From: an uncultured virus (IMG/VR IMGVR_UViG_3300031247_000001)
Taxonomy: Duplodnaviria > Heunggongvirae > Uroviricota > Caudoviricetes
Virus record (IMG/VR): IMGVR_UViG_3300031247_000001
Reading direction: 5' to 3' (one strand)
Length of the DNA: 20,000 nt
The notes beneath the pieces are model-generated. The model was not told where the DNA came from. It searched no databases and was given only the letters and a program-made list of their open reading frames with translations. The translations under genes were made by a program, and so were the position numbers. Shown here piece by piece: positions 9,991-16,819 of this stretch. Every line of letters begins with the position of its first letter. Positions within the stretch are counted from its first letter, which is position 1.

Positions 9991-10002
9991 GTCACGTAGG
10001 CT
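9974..10002 (+). promoter_or_regulatory. sigma70-like promoter (TTGCCC-N17-TAGGCT), 7 nt before ATG 10010 (leaderless candidate)
   Basis: Matches the recurring motif; no SD before ATG 10010. Confidence 0.55.
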
Positions 10003-10009
10003 TTTGTCT

Positions 10010-10636
10010 ATGGCTGACGCGCCGAAGAAGCAAAAGCACCCGTATGGAGCGATGTTCTGGGGGGTGCTGGGCCTCGCCGCGGCTTTCCGCGCGCTCTATC
10101 ACCCTTGGCGAGTCCTGGTGAAGGACGGGTTTGCATCGCGCTGCTCGGGCGACGGGTCGTGCGATCCGTCGATGACGGTTACGTCCTTCCAGGGTCAGAC
10201 CGAGGTCTACTGCCCGGTGCGCGGCGTCGTCGTATCCCAGAAGCCCGGGCGCCTCTTGATCGTGCCGGACGACGAGGCCGTCGTGCTCGAGTACAACGGA
10301 GATCCGGCGACGTTCTTGACGCAACTCGTGGCGGGCGCGCCCGTCGGCGCGGGTCAACAGATTGGGCTCGCGAGTCAATTCACTTTCGCGGTCTGGACGC
10401 TCGGTCGCACGACGACCGGCAGCCCGCAGATGGGCGCCGCCATCGAGCCCGCATCGTGGCTCACGACGCACGGCGCGAAGATCAGCGCCAAGTACCACGT
10501 GCCGAGCCCGCAGGCCGCCTGGTGCTCCACGGGTCGAAAGCTCGTCGCGCCCCAGACGATCGCGAGCCAATGCGGCACGGTGCTTCCGGCGCCGAGCGGC
10601 TACGCGCTCCTGCCGACCTCCGTCACGATGGGGTAA
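10010..10636 (+). CDS. Membrane-anchored degenerate M23/LytM-like protein (~208 aa)
   Basis: N-terminal TM (AMFWGVLGLAAAFRALY). TEVYCPVRGVV...LVAGAPVGAGQQIG...FTFAV...IEPASWL follows the M23 pattern, but the Zn-ligand histidines are absent. Confidence 0.6.
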   Translation: MADAPKKQKHPYGAMFWGVLGLAAAFRALYHPWRVLVKDGFASRCSGDGSCDPSMTVTSFQGQTEVYCPVRGVVVSQKPGRLLIVPDDEAVVLEYNGDPATFLTQLVAGAPVGAGQQIGLASQFTFAVWTLGRTTTGSPQMGAAIEPASWLTTHGAKISAKYHVPSPQAAWCSTGRKLVAPQTIASQCGTVLPAPSGYALLPTSVTMG

Positions 10637-10639
10637 GCC

Positions 10640-10864
10640 GTGGCGTCGGGCTCGGATCTCAATGAGCTATTTGCCCATGAGCTTGGGGCAGATCTCAACG
10701 GCGATCCGGAGCTCCGCTACGAGGTCACCGAGACGCGTGCGACGCTGCGCGAGTGGGTGGCTGAAAAAGTGCGCGAGCAGACCGATAGCGATGAGATGTC
10801 GCGCGCGGTGAAGCGATTCATTCGGGCGCGCCTGAGCGTCTCCAAGGTCATGGAGTTTTTCTGA
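10640..10864 (+). CDS. Small hypothetical protein (74 aa)
   Basis: GTG start 3 nt after the upstream stop; TGATG coupling to the next gene. Confidence 0.65.
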   Translation: MASGSDLNELFAHELGADLNGDPELRYEVTETRATLREWVAEKVREQTDSDEMSRAVKRFIRARLSVSKVMEFF

Positions 10865-11205
10865 TGCTCGGCGTGGCCACCACGAGCCCAACGCCGATGC
10901 CCGCGATCAGCTCGGGCACGCAAGAGCTCATTGCGTATGGCTTGCTCCTCGGCGGCGCCGTCGTCGTCGGCAAACTCATGATCGATGGGCTCGTGGGCGA
11001 CATGGACGCCGCGAAGGCAAGGAGGGAGTTCATTGGGCCGGTGTACGAGCCGCCGAAGCCGCCCAGGGATTTGCACGTGCAGCTGAGTGACGTGGTGAAG
11101 TTTCTGGCCATGAGCGCGAGCGTGTACTCGCTCATTGCGGAGCTGCCGACGCTCGTGAGCCAATGGGGCTCGGTCGAGGCGCAGATCGAGAATTTGGTGA
11201 AGTGA
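10864..11205 (+). CDS. Hypothetical membrane protein (113 aa)
   Basis: TM segment LIAYGLLLGGAVVVGKLMI; TGATG overlaps at both ends. Confidence 0.7.
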   Translation: MLGVATTSPTPMPAISSGTQELIAYGLLLGGAVVVGKLMIDGLVGDMDAAKARREFIGPVYEPPKPPRDLHVQLSDVVKFLAMSASVYSLIAELPTLVSQWGSVEAQIENLVK

Positions 11206-11603
11206 TGCGACTCACCGATGAATGGTTTGAGGCTCAGTTTTACGGGGAGGCGACCGCCAAGGGTCATCGTTATTTGCCGAGCATCGAAGGAGCGCAGGGA
11301 CTCTTCCTCTGGTGTCCTTGCGGCTACGGCAAGGCGGAGTTTCCGCTCGATGGAGGACGCCCGCACGGCGTCATGGTCCCCTTCTCGACCCCCCGCAATG
11401 CCCCGGAGCTTCCGTCGGATCATGGCCCACAGTCGGCGGCCAACCCCGATGGTCCGCGGCCGCGCTGGGCAATGACCGGGACGAGCCTCGAAGATCTCTC
11501 GACGACGCCGTCGGTCGCGGTCGGCGGCAGGCCCGCGCAGGGTGACAAGCCTGCGGTGCCGCCCTGCTGGCACGGGTACATCACCGGTGGTGAGGTCACA
11601 TGA
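11205..11603 (+). CDS. DUF6527-like Cys/His protein (~132 aa)
   Basis: LWCPCG...PH...RWAMTG...LSTTPSV...CWHGYITGGEV resembles the DUF6527 signature (recognised from memory). TGATG and ATGA coupling. Confidence 0.65.
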   Translation: MRLTDEWFEAQFYGEATAKGHRYLPSIEGAQGLFLWCPCGYGKAEFPLDGGRPHGVMVPFSTPRNAPELPSDHGPQSAANPDGPRPRWAMTGTSLEDLSTTPSVAVGGRPAQGDKPAVPPCWHGYITGGEVT

Positions 11604-12352
11604 GCAAGATGAGCTATGCCGAAGCGCGCGCCTACGTGAGCCAAGCGTTTATCGAGGAAGAGGGCCGTCCGGGCGCGCGCTCGGAGCTTCAGTGCCTCCA
11701 AGGGATCGGCGATCTCGAGACGGGCTTCGGATCGACTTGGACGGGCCCGGGCATCGGCAGCTTCAACATGGGCGCGATCCAGAAGGGCGGCTGGACGGGA
11801 GCGGTCTTCAGCTACACCGACACGCACCCCAATCCTGATGGCACGAGCACGCCCTACACGATCGATTTTCGGAAGTACGCGTCGGCGACCGATGGCTTCA
11901 AGGATCTGGCCAAGGTCGTCTACGACGCCTTCGAGATCAGGCGCGAGGCGCTTGCCTGCGCGAGCCGCGGGGATATTTTGGGGTTCTCGACGGCGCTCCA
12001 CACGCCTCCGGTCTACTACGAAGGCTTCGGTGCCACCGACCAGGAGCGCATCGCTCACCACTACAATGCGGTCCTCGCGAGCATCCAGCGGCAGTGCGCG
12101 GCGCTCGGCGAGCCCATGCCGACCCTCGAGCCGCTCCCTGTCATCGCGCCGGCGCTCTTCATCGGCTGCACGGGCGAGGCCGTGAAGGTTTGGCAGAAGA
12201 TCGTGGGCGCCAAGCCCGAGGATGGGATCTTCGGGGGCGGCACGCAGACAGCCACGCGTGTCTGGCAAAAGGCGCACGGCTTGCCCCAGAGCGGCATCGT
12301 GACGCAGGCGGAGCTCGTAGCGGCGGGGCTCGCGCCATCATCGTCAGCGTGA
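11600..12352 (+). CDS. Putative endolysin: GH73/glucosaminidase-like catalytic domain plus C-terminal peptidoglycan-binding domain (250 aa)
   Basis: LETGFG (catalytic Glu), FNMGAIQ, FRKYAS..DGFKD, FSTAL..YYEG. The C-terminal LFIGCTGEAVKVWQ...DGIFGGGTQTATRVWQKAHGL..SGIV matches PG_binding_1. Confidence 0.8.
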   Translation: MSKMSYAEARAYVSQAFIEEEGRPGARSELQCLQGIGDLETGFGSTWTGPGIGSFNMGAIQKGGWTGAVFSYTDTHPNPDGTSTPYTIDFRKYASATDGFKDLAKVVYDAFEIRREALACASRGDILGFSTALHTPPVYYEGFGATDQERIAHHYNAVLASIQRQCAALGEPMPTLEPLPVIAPALFIGCTGEAVKVWQKIVGAKPEDGIFGGGTQTATRVWQKAHGLPQSGIVTQAELVAAGLAPSSSA

Positions 12353-12925
12353 TTGAGATGCAATCTCAATCAAAAACTGAGCGAAAGCGATCGGGGTCGC
12401 GCTGGCCTCGCGTTTGCCCAAGGTGGGCTTAATGCGGTCAAACCAGCCGCACTGTGCTTCGCCCGGCAGCTGAAGCCATGACGGCGCGACCGGCTTTGCG
12501 ATTGAACAGGCAAAAAGCCAGGTGCGTTTTCTGGCCCGATGGCCATAGGCGCTTTGCCATACTTCGGTGGTCCACTCGCCCTCCGCAGCATTCTGCCAGC
12601 CGATCCCGAGTGGTCTCGGCAGCCCATGAGCAGCCCAAGCGCGCGACGAGGCCGGGTGCTCCAGCACGCCTCCGACTCTGCGCACGGTTGCGAGCGCGGC
12701 CGCAAAGCATCCCCCGTCATTGCCGGGGAGATTATGGTCGCCGCCGTAGCGTTTGAAATTCAAGCGCGCGATGTTTGTCCAAAGCTGGCAAGGCGGATGC
12801 GCGACTACCGGAAATAGTCCTGTGTATGTTCTGGCGTCCCGCGCTTGATCCCAGCACTGCTCTGCTCCGAGCAGTGCTGGGTAGATCCCGTCTGGATCGA
12901 CGAAGAGTGCTGCGACCTTCGTCAA
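12344..12925 (-). CDS. Short phage C5 DNA-cytosine-methyltransferase-like protein (193 aa)
   Basis: VAALFV start, PVVAHPPCQLW (motif IV PC), GGVLEHPASS (motif VI-like) and QSAYGHRARKRTWL (motif VIII-like). TTG start 7 nt after the upstream stop. Confidence 0.65.
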   Translation of the reverse strand: MTKVAALFVDPDGIYPALLGAEQCWDQARDARTYTGLFPVVAHPPCQLWTNIARLNFKRYGGDHNLPGNDGGCFAAALATVRRVGGVLEHPASSRAWAAHGLPRPLGIGWQNAAEGEWTTEVWQSAYGHRARKRTWLFACSIAKPVAPSWLQLPGEAQCGWFDRIKPTLGKREASATPIAFAQFLIEIASQSR

Positions 12926-12932
12926 GAGTGCG

Positions 12933-14297
12933 TCACCATGGCCGCTCCTTCAGCTGCGGGAACATCGCCATCGCCCGCAATCGATCGACCTCCCCGAGCT
13001 CTACCTGCCGCTCCTCGGCGGTGCGGTTTGATGCCCAGCTAGCTTGCAGGTTGTAGACGCTCAAGATCTGATAGATGCACGTGTAGCGCGCGCCCGCCAT
13101 CTCGAGCAGCGGCCACATGACGGCCTTGTCGATGGCGAGCGAGACCCAAGAGCCGTCGGGACGAAATAGGCAAGAAGGCGCGACGCCCGGACCGTTCGCG
13201 AGCTTCTTTGCTAGACCCGCCCGGAACGTCTTCAGGTGGGTCGCTCGCCAGTCCGAGTACCGCACGCGTGCGCCGAGCGCATAGGGAGCCGCAAACCCGA
13301 CCTCCCCATCGGAAAACATGAATTGTCCGTAGGTGAGCCAAGGCTCGGCCTTCGCGGCATAGGCGAGCGCCAAGACCTCGAGCGCGCGATCGTGCGCTAG
13401 CCAGTCGTCGCCATCGAGCCAGACGATGACTTCGTCGTCGGGGAGATCTTTCCAAACCGACCAGCAGTTTTCGAGCGCGGAGAGGCGCTCGGGGTTTCGG
13501 ATCACGGTGAGCTGCTGATCCGTTTCCATATTGAAGAGCGCGATCTCGCTCGTGCGGTCCTCGCTCTTGGCGTCGATGACGACGTGGGTGTAGTTCCGGA
13601 AAGTTTGATCGAGCACGCTGTCGAGGCACTTCTGGATCCAGCGCTCGGCGTTGAGCGCGGTCGACACGATCGTCATGTGCAGGGGCTTACCGCTCTTCAC
13701 GAGCACGCAGAAATTGTGGCGCCCCATCCAGTGCTGGGCCTGGTGCACCTCCATGAGTGAGCGGAGCTGCGCCGTGCGCGCCTCGTCCAGCGTCCATCCA
13801 TGAATGCGAAAGCGCGTGAGCCAGTACTCGGGCGGCTGCAAGTTGATGTGGCCCTCCCATTCCTGACCGGGCGCTGCCGCCGACCACACGATCACGTCCG
13901 TCGCGTGCACTGCGACATTTTCGACGATGGCGAGCGAATGCTGCTCGGAGATGTGCTCGGCCGTCTCGGTGCAGATCACGCAGGAATACTTGGCAACGGC
14001 GCCAGCCCCTTGCAGGGTTTGGGTCAAGTCAAACCGTTGCACCTCGACCCCCGGCTCGATCATCTCGATCGCGTGCGGCGAGTACTCCGCCCCGATCGTG
14101 CCCTCCCACCCGAGCTCGATCAGGCGAGCGGTCTGTAGGCCGATACCGCACCCGATGTCGAGGCAGCTCGGTTGCTGCCCGACTACCGCGTGGATGCAAT
14201 CGGCGAGCTTTCGGTAGTTGTCGCGGCACTCGCGCATTTGCTCGAAAAATGCCTGGTCATGCGGGTCTCGATTGGCTTGATTTTCAGTGTTTCCCAT
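12933..14297 (-). CDS. Class I SAM-dependent methyltransferase fused to a family 2 glycosyltransferase (454 aa)
   Basis: N-terminal CLDIGCGIG, ICTETAEHI and SAAAPGQEWEGHINLQ. C-terminal IVSTALNAERWIQKCLDSVLDQT...VVIDAKSED...VWLDGDD (DxD). Confidence 0.9.
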   Translation of the reverse strand: MGNTENQANRDPHDQAFFEQMRECRDNYRKLADCIHAVVGQQPSCLDIGCGIGLQTARLIELGWEGTIGAEYSPHAIEMIEPGVEVQRFDLTQTLQGAGAVAKYSCVICTETAEHISEQHSLAIVENVAVHATDVIVWSAAAPGQEWEGHINLQPPEYWLTRFRIHGWTLDEARTAQLRSLMEVHQAQHWMGRHNFCVLVKSGKPLHMTIVSTALNAERWIQKCLDSVLDQTFRNYTHVVIDAKSEDRTSEIALFNMETDQQLTVIRNPERLSALENCWSVWKDLPDDEVIVWLDGDDWLAHDRALEVLALAYAAKAEPWLTYGQFMFSDGEVGFAAPYALGARVRYSDWRATHLKTFRAGLAKKLANGPGVAPSCLFRPDGSWVSLAIDKAVMWPLLEMAGARYTCIYQILSVYNLQASWASNRTAEERQVELGEVDRLRAMAMFPQLKERPW

Positions 14298-14305
14298 TGC
14301 GTGAG

Positions 14306-14334
14306 ACAGTAGCGTGCTATCTTCGGGAAGGAAA
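14306..14334 (-). promoter_or_regulatory. Candidate leaderless promoter (TTTCCT-N17-TACTGT), 8 nt before ATG 14297
   Basis: -10 TACTGT at 14311-14306; weak -35; no SD. Confidence 0.35.
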
Positions 14335-14371
14335 GCCGAAAGCCCGCAGTAGCACGGGGGAGGAGATCGCC

Positions 14372-15130
14372 ATGAAGAGTTTGTTTTTGGTTTGCCTCAT
14401 CGTCGCCATGACTGCCTGCGGCGCGCCGTTCACGGCGGAGTCGTTTACCGATAGCGGGAGCGCCGGTGCCATCGGGGCTCCGGCGGCACCGAGCGCAGGC
14501 GCGGCCGGCGCCGAGCCGCGCGAGGATGCCGGCGGAGCGACGAGCATCCCGCTCGAGTCAGCTGGCGCCGCCGGCGCCGCCGGCGCGCCTGACCTAGGCT
14601 CCGCCGGCGCGCCGAGCGTCGACCCGCCGCCGCTCTACACGCCGCCCCCGTGCTCCACCGACCAGAACGTCACCGGCGGCTACGACGGATCGCTCAGCGC
14701 CGCCCCTGCCTGCCTCCGCACCAAGGAGGCCCTCAACACCGTTGCTTGTGCCAACTGGGACGGGCGATCGATCACCGTCAACGGCGCCGCGGCGACCTGC
14801 GGCGTCCCGCTCTCCTTCCCGGAGAGCGTCGATGGCTTCACGTACATCGATCTCGGCCCGGGGACGAGCTCTGGCGTCGCGCTCCGGTGGTTTTTGACAG
14901 CGCCCGCCCCAAACCCCTGCGACGCGCGTTGGTGGACCCAGGGCGACCTCTACGCCCCGAACGAAATCATGCTCGATGTCTGCGACGCGCCCGGGAGCGA
15001 AAAGAGCTGCGAGCTCGGCAAGACCTACGCCTTCTCGTGCCTCGACACCCCGACCAGCCGGTGCACCAGCACGGGGCCCGGCGCAAGCGGCTGGACTTCG
15101 AGCTGGGCGCTGGTTACCCTCTGCAAGTAA
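14372..15130 (+). CDS. Cys-rich lipoprotein, myxobacterial style (~252 aa)
   Basis: GGAGGAG RBS; signal peptide MKSLFLVCLIVAMTA|C (lipobox); G/A/P-rich linker; multi-Cys extracellular domains. Confidence 0.85.
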   Translation: MKSLFLVCLIVAMTACGAPFTAESFTDSGSAGAIGAPAAPSAGAAGAEPREDAGGATSIPLESAGAAGAAGAPDLGSAGAPSVDPPPLYTPPPCSTDQNVTGGYDGSLSAAPACLRTKEALNTVACANWDGRSITVNGAAATCGVPLSFPESVDGFTYIDLGPGTSSGVALRWFLTAPAPNPCDARWWTQGDLYAPNEIMLDVCDAPGSEKSCELGKTYAFSCLDTPTSRCTSTGPGASGWTSSWALVTLCK

Positions 15131-15356
15131 AGGCAGCGCGACGCCTACGGAAGTCGCGACCACGCGGTGCTGGGGCAAAGGGAGCTCGGCCCCTACGGAA
15201 GCCGAGACAAGCCATGACCGAGAAACGACCGCCAGGGTTTAGACAAGTGCAAAGGGAGCTCGGCCCCTACGGAAGCCGAGACAAATCCTGCCGGGCGGCT
15301 ACCTGGCCTATCTCGACACGGTGCAAAGGGAGCTCGGCCCCTACGGAAGCCGAGAC
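15125..15356 (-). CRISPR. CRISPR mini-array without adjacent cas genes: three 36-bp repeats plus one diverged repeat; spacers of 38, 38 and 12 nt
   Basis: Plus-strand repeat GTGCAAAGGGAGCTCGGCCCCTACGGAAGCCGAGAC at 15321-15356, 15247-15282 and 15173-15208 (1 mismatch). Diverged copy at 15125-15160 (27/36). Unique spacers at 15283-15320, 15209-15246 and 15161-15172. Minus orientation is inferred from the 9-bp G-U-containing hairpin and from degeneracy at the low-coordinate end. Confidence 0.88.
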
Positions 15357-15390
15357 CTGCTAGGTTTGCGAGGGGGCTAGCGGCCAGAAT

Positions 15391-15420
15391 TTGACTTCGG
15401 ATCCGGTACCCGGGTAGCCT
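15391..15420 (+). promoter_or_regulatory. sigma70-like promoter (TTGACT-N18-TAGCCT), 8 nt before ATG 15429 (leaderless candidate)
   Basis: Near-consensus -35; overlaps the palindrome TACCCGGGTA (15407-15416); lies in the presumed CRISPR leader region. Confidence 0.6.
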
Positions 15421-15428
15421 CTCGTTCA

Positions 15429-15809
15429 ATGGCCGTTGCAATTGGATCCCGCGTCGCGCTCAAGACTCTTGGACAAGGTCTGGCCATCGGCCAGGTGACC
15501 GCTCAGCCGCCCGTCTTTGGCGTGTCGCAGACGGCCTCCCCGGGCCCTTGCGTCATCGACTGGGAGAACGGCGCTCAAGCCACGGTGCCGCTCGCGGTGC
15601 TGGACGAACTCCTCGGGGCCAACCCGACTACGCTCGGTCTCATCGGGCAGGTCGTCAACGTCGAGGGGCAGTCGGCGGCGTACAATGCCCTCGTGGTCGA
15701 TGCCTACAACCGCAACGGCACTCAAGAGCTCGTGCTCGTCAAGACCCTAAACAACGGGACGTACTTCGAGCTCGACGCCACCACCGTCGTCCCGCAACCG
15801 AACCTCTGA
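15429..15809 (+). CDS. Hypothetical beta-rich protein, possibly tandem SH3-like barrels (126 aa)
   Basis: Two similar halves (IGSRVAL...VIDWENG; IGQVVNV...VKTLNNG); promoter immediately upstream. Confidence 0.7.
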   Translation: MAVAIGSRVALKTLGQGLAIGQVTAQPPVFGVSQTASPGPCVIDWENGAQATVPLAVLDELLGANPTTLGLIGQVVNVEGQSAAYNALVVDAYNRNGTQELVLVKTLNNGTYFELDATTVVPQPNL

Positions 15810-15814
15810 GCCCG

Positions 15815-16159
15815 GTGGACCTCGACGCTCGCACGTCGTGCCTGCGCGCCGTGACGCTCGTCGCGCGCAATGCTCGGCTCTGCGCTTCAGTGGACCCGGT
15901 CTCCGACACGTACAAGTCGGCGGTGGCCTCCGCCGTGCGGGTGGGCGAGCGCGCCGCCGGCTACTTCAAGACGATGAAGGGCGATCACGCGCCGCACGAG
16001 CGCCAGGTGCGCGTCGTCGGCGACGCGCTCGAAGAGGCGGAGATCTGCGTGAGGCAGCTAGTCTCCGGGCTCACGGACGCTGATGATCTGGCGCTCCAGG
16101 CGGAGAAGATTGAGCGGGCGGTGGCGCGGGCGGAGAGGCTGATAGCGGCTCCTGGTTAG
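15815..16159 (+). CDS. Hypothetical alpha-helical protein (~114 aa)
   Basis: GTG start 5 nt after the upstream stop; helical A/R/E-rich sequence. Confidence 0.6.
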   Translation: MDLDARTSCLRAVTLVARNARLCASVDPVSDTYKSAVASAVRVGERAAGYFKTMKGDHAPHERQVRVVGDALEEAEICVRQLVSGLTDADDLALQAEKIERAVARAERLIAAPG

Positions 16160-16195
16160 GAGGATTCGTGGCCCAATCGGGAACGGCGATGGCGG

Positions 16196-16468
16196 CTAGT
16201 TCGCGACGGCGCTGTCGTGCTCGAGAATCCAGCGTGTGTAAGTCGTCTGCAAGTCGAGCCAAAACTCAGGACTCGTCTTGAGTGCAGCGGCGAAGCCGAG
16301 TCGCACCGTCATGAACACCCCAGTCGGCATCGAGACGTGGCTCACGTAGGTGCCCCAAGGCTTCGGGGGGCGCGATCGCAGGAATGGGTAGGCAATCGCC
16401 ATGAGAAACAAGACGAAGCAGGAGGCCGCGACGATCGCGGAGTCTGGGATCGTAAACGATAGGTGCAT
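16196..16468 (-). CDS. Small membrane protein with HigA-antitoxin-like C-terminal segment (90 aa)
   Basis: GAGGAG RBS and TGATG coupling; TM AIVAASCFVLFLMAIAYPFL; C-terminal MTVRLGFAAALKTSPEFWLDLQTTY. Confidence 0.55.
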   Translation of the reverse strand: MHLSFTIPDSAIVAASCFVLFLMAIAYPFLRSRPPKPWGTYVSHVSMPTGVFMTVRLGFAAALKTSPEFWLDLQTTYTRWILEHDSAVAN

Positions 16469-16794
16469 CAAGGCTCCTCGGGATAGATGTCTGCAGGATT
16501 GCCGCCCAGGCTCTTCACGAGCTCGGCGAGTTGCTGACTCCGCTTCCGCGCGGCGTCCCGCTCCAGCATCAAAACTTGCACCACACGCGGCGTGATCCTC
16601 GTCACGAACTCCTGGTCCGCTGCGCTCGACCAAGTCACGTCGTAGTCTCCGCCATAGCAGAGCGTGAGCCCGTCCTGAAAGCGGATGACACCCGTATAGT
16701 CGGTCGTGCGGTAGCAGTCGGTGGCGTTCTTGATGAGTTCCCGGAGCTCGTCGTCGGTAGGGAACGCGGCAGAAGGATCTGGATCTTGAGACAT
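16468..16794 (-). CDS. Hypothetical protein (108 aa)
   Basis: ATG 16794 with TACTAT -10 7 nt upstream. The DQEFVTRITPRVVQVLMLERD helical tail is reminiscent of phage Ead/Ea22-like proteins (weak). Confidence 0.6.
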   Translation of the reverse strand: MSQDPDPSAAFPTDDELRELIKNATDCYRTTDYTGVIRFQDGLTLCYGGDYDVTWSSAADQEFVTRITPRVVQVLMLERDAARKRSQQLAELVKSLGGNPADIYPEEP

Positions 16795-16819
16795 ACGAGT
16801 GATAGTAGCCAACTGTCTC

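Noticed and set aside
14186..14193. Partial match (ACCGCGTG) of the 12-nt spacer inside the MTase-GT2 gene
   Set aside because: An 8-nt GC-rich match is expected by chance in 20 kb.
15399..15414. Adjacent BamHI-KpnI-SmaI sites (GGATCC GGTACC CCCGGG) resembling a cloning polylinker
   Set aside because: No other vector sequence. It sits in the spacer of a natural-looking promoter in GC-rich DNA, so chance or an operator palindrome is more likely.
14650..15441. ORFs crossing the repeat array (14650-15363, 14976-15242, 15193-15441)
   Set aside because: Shadow frames. The 74-bp period is not a multiple of 3 and the region is better explained as a CRISPR array.
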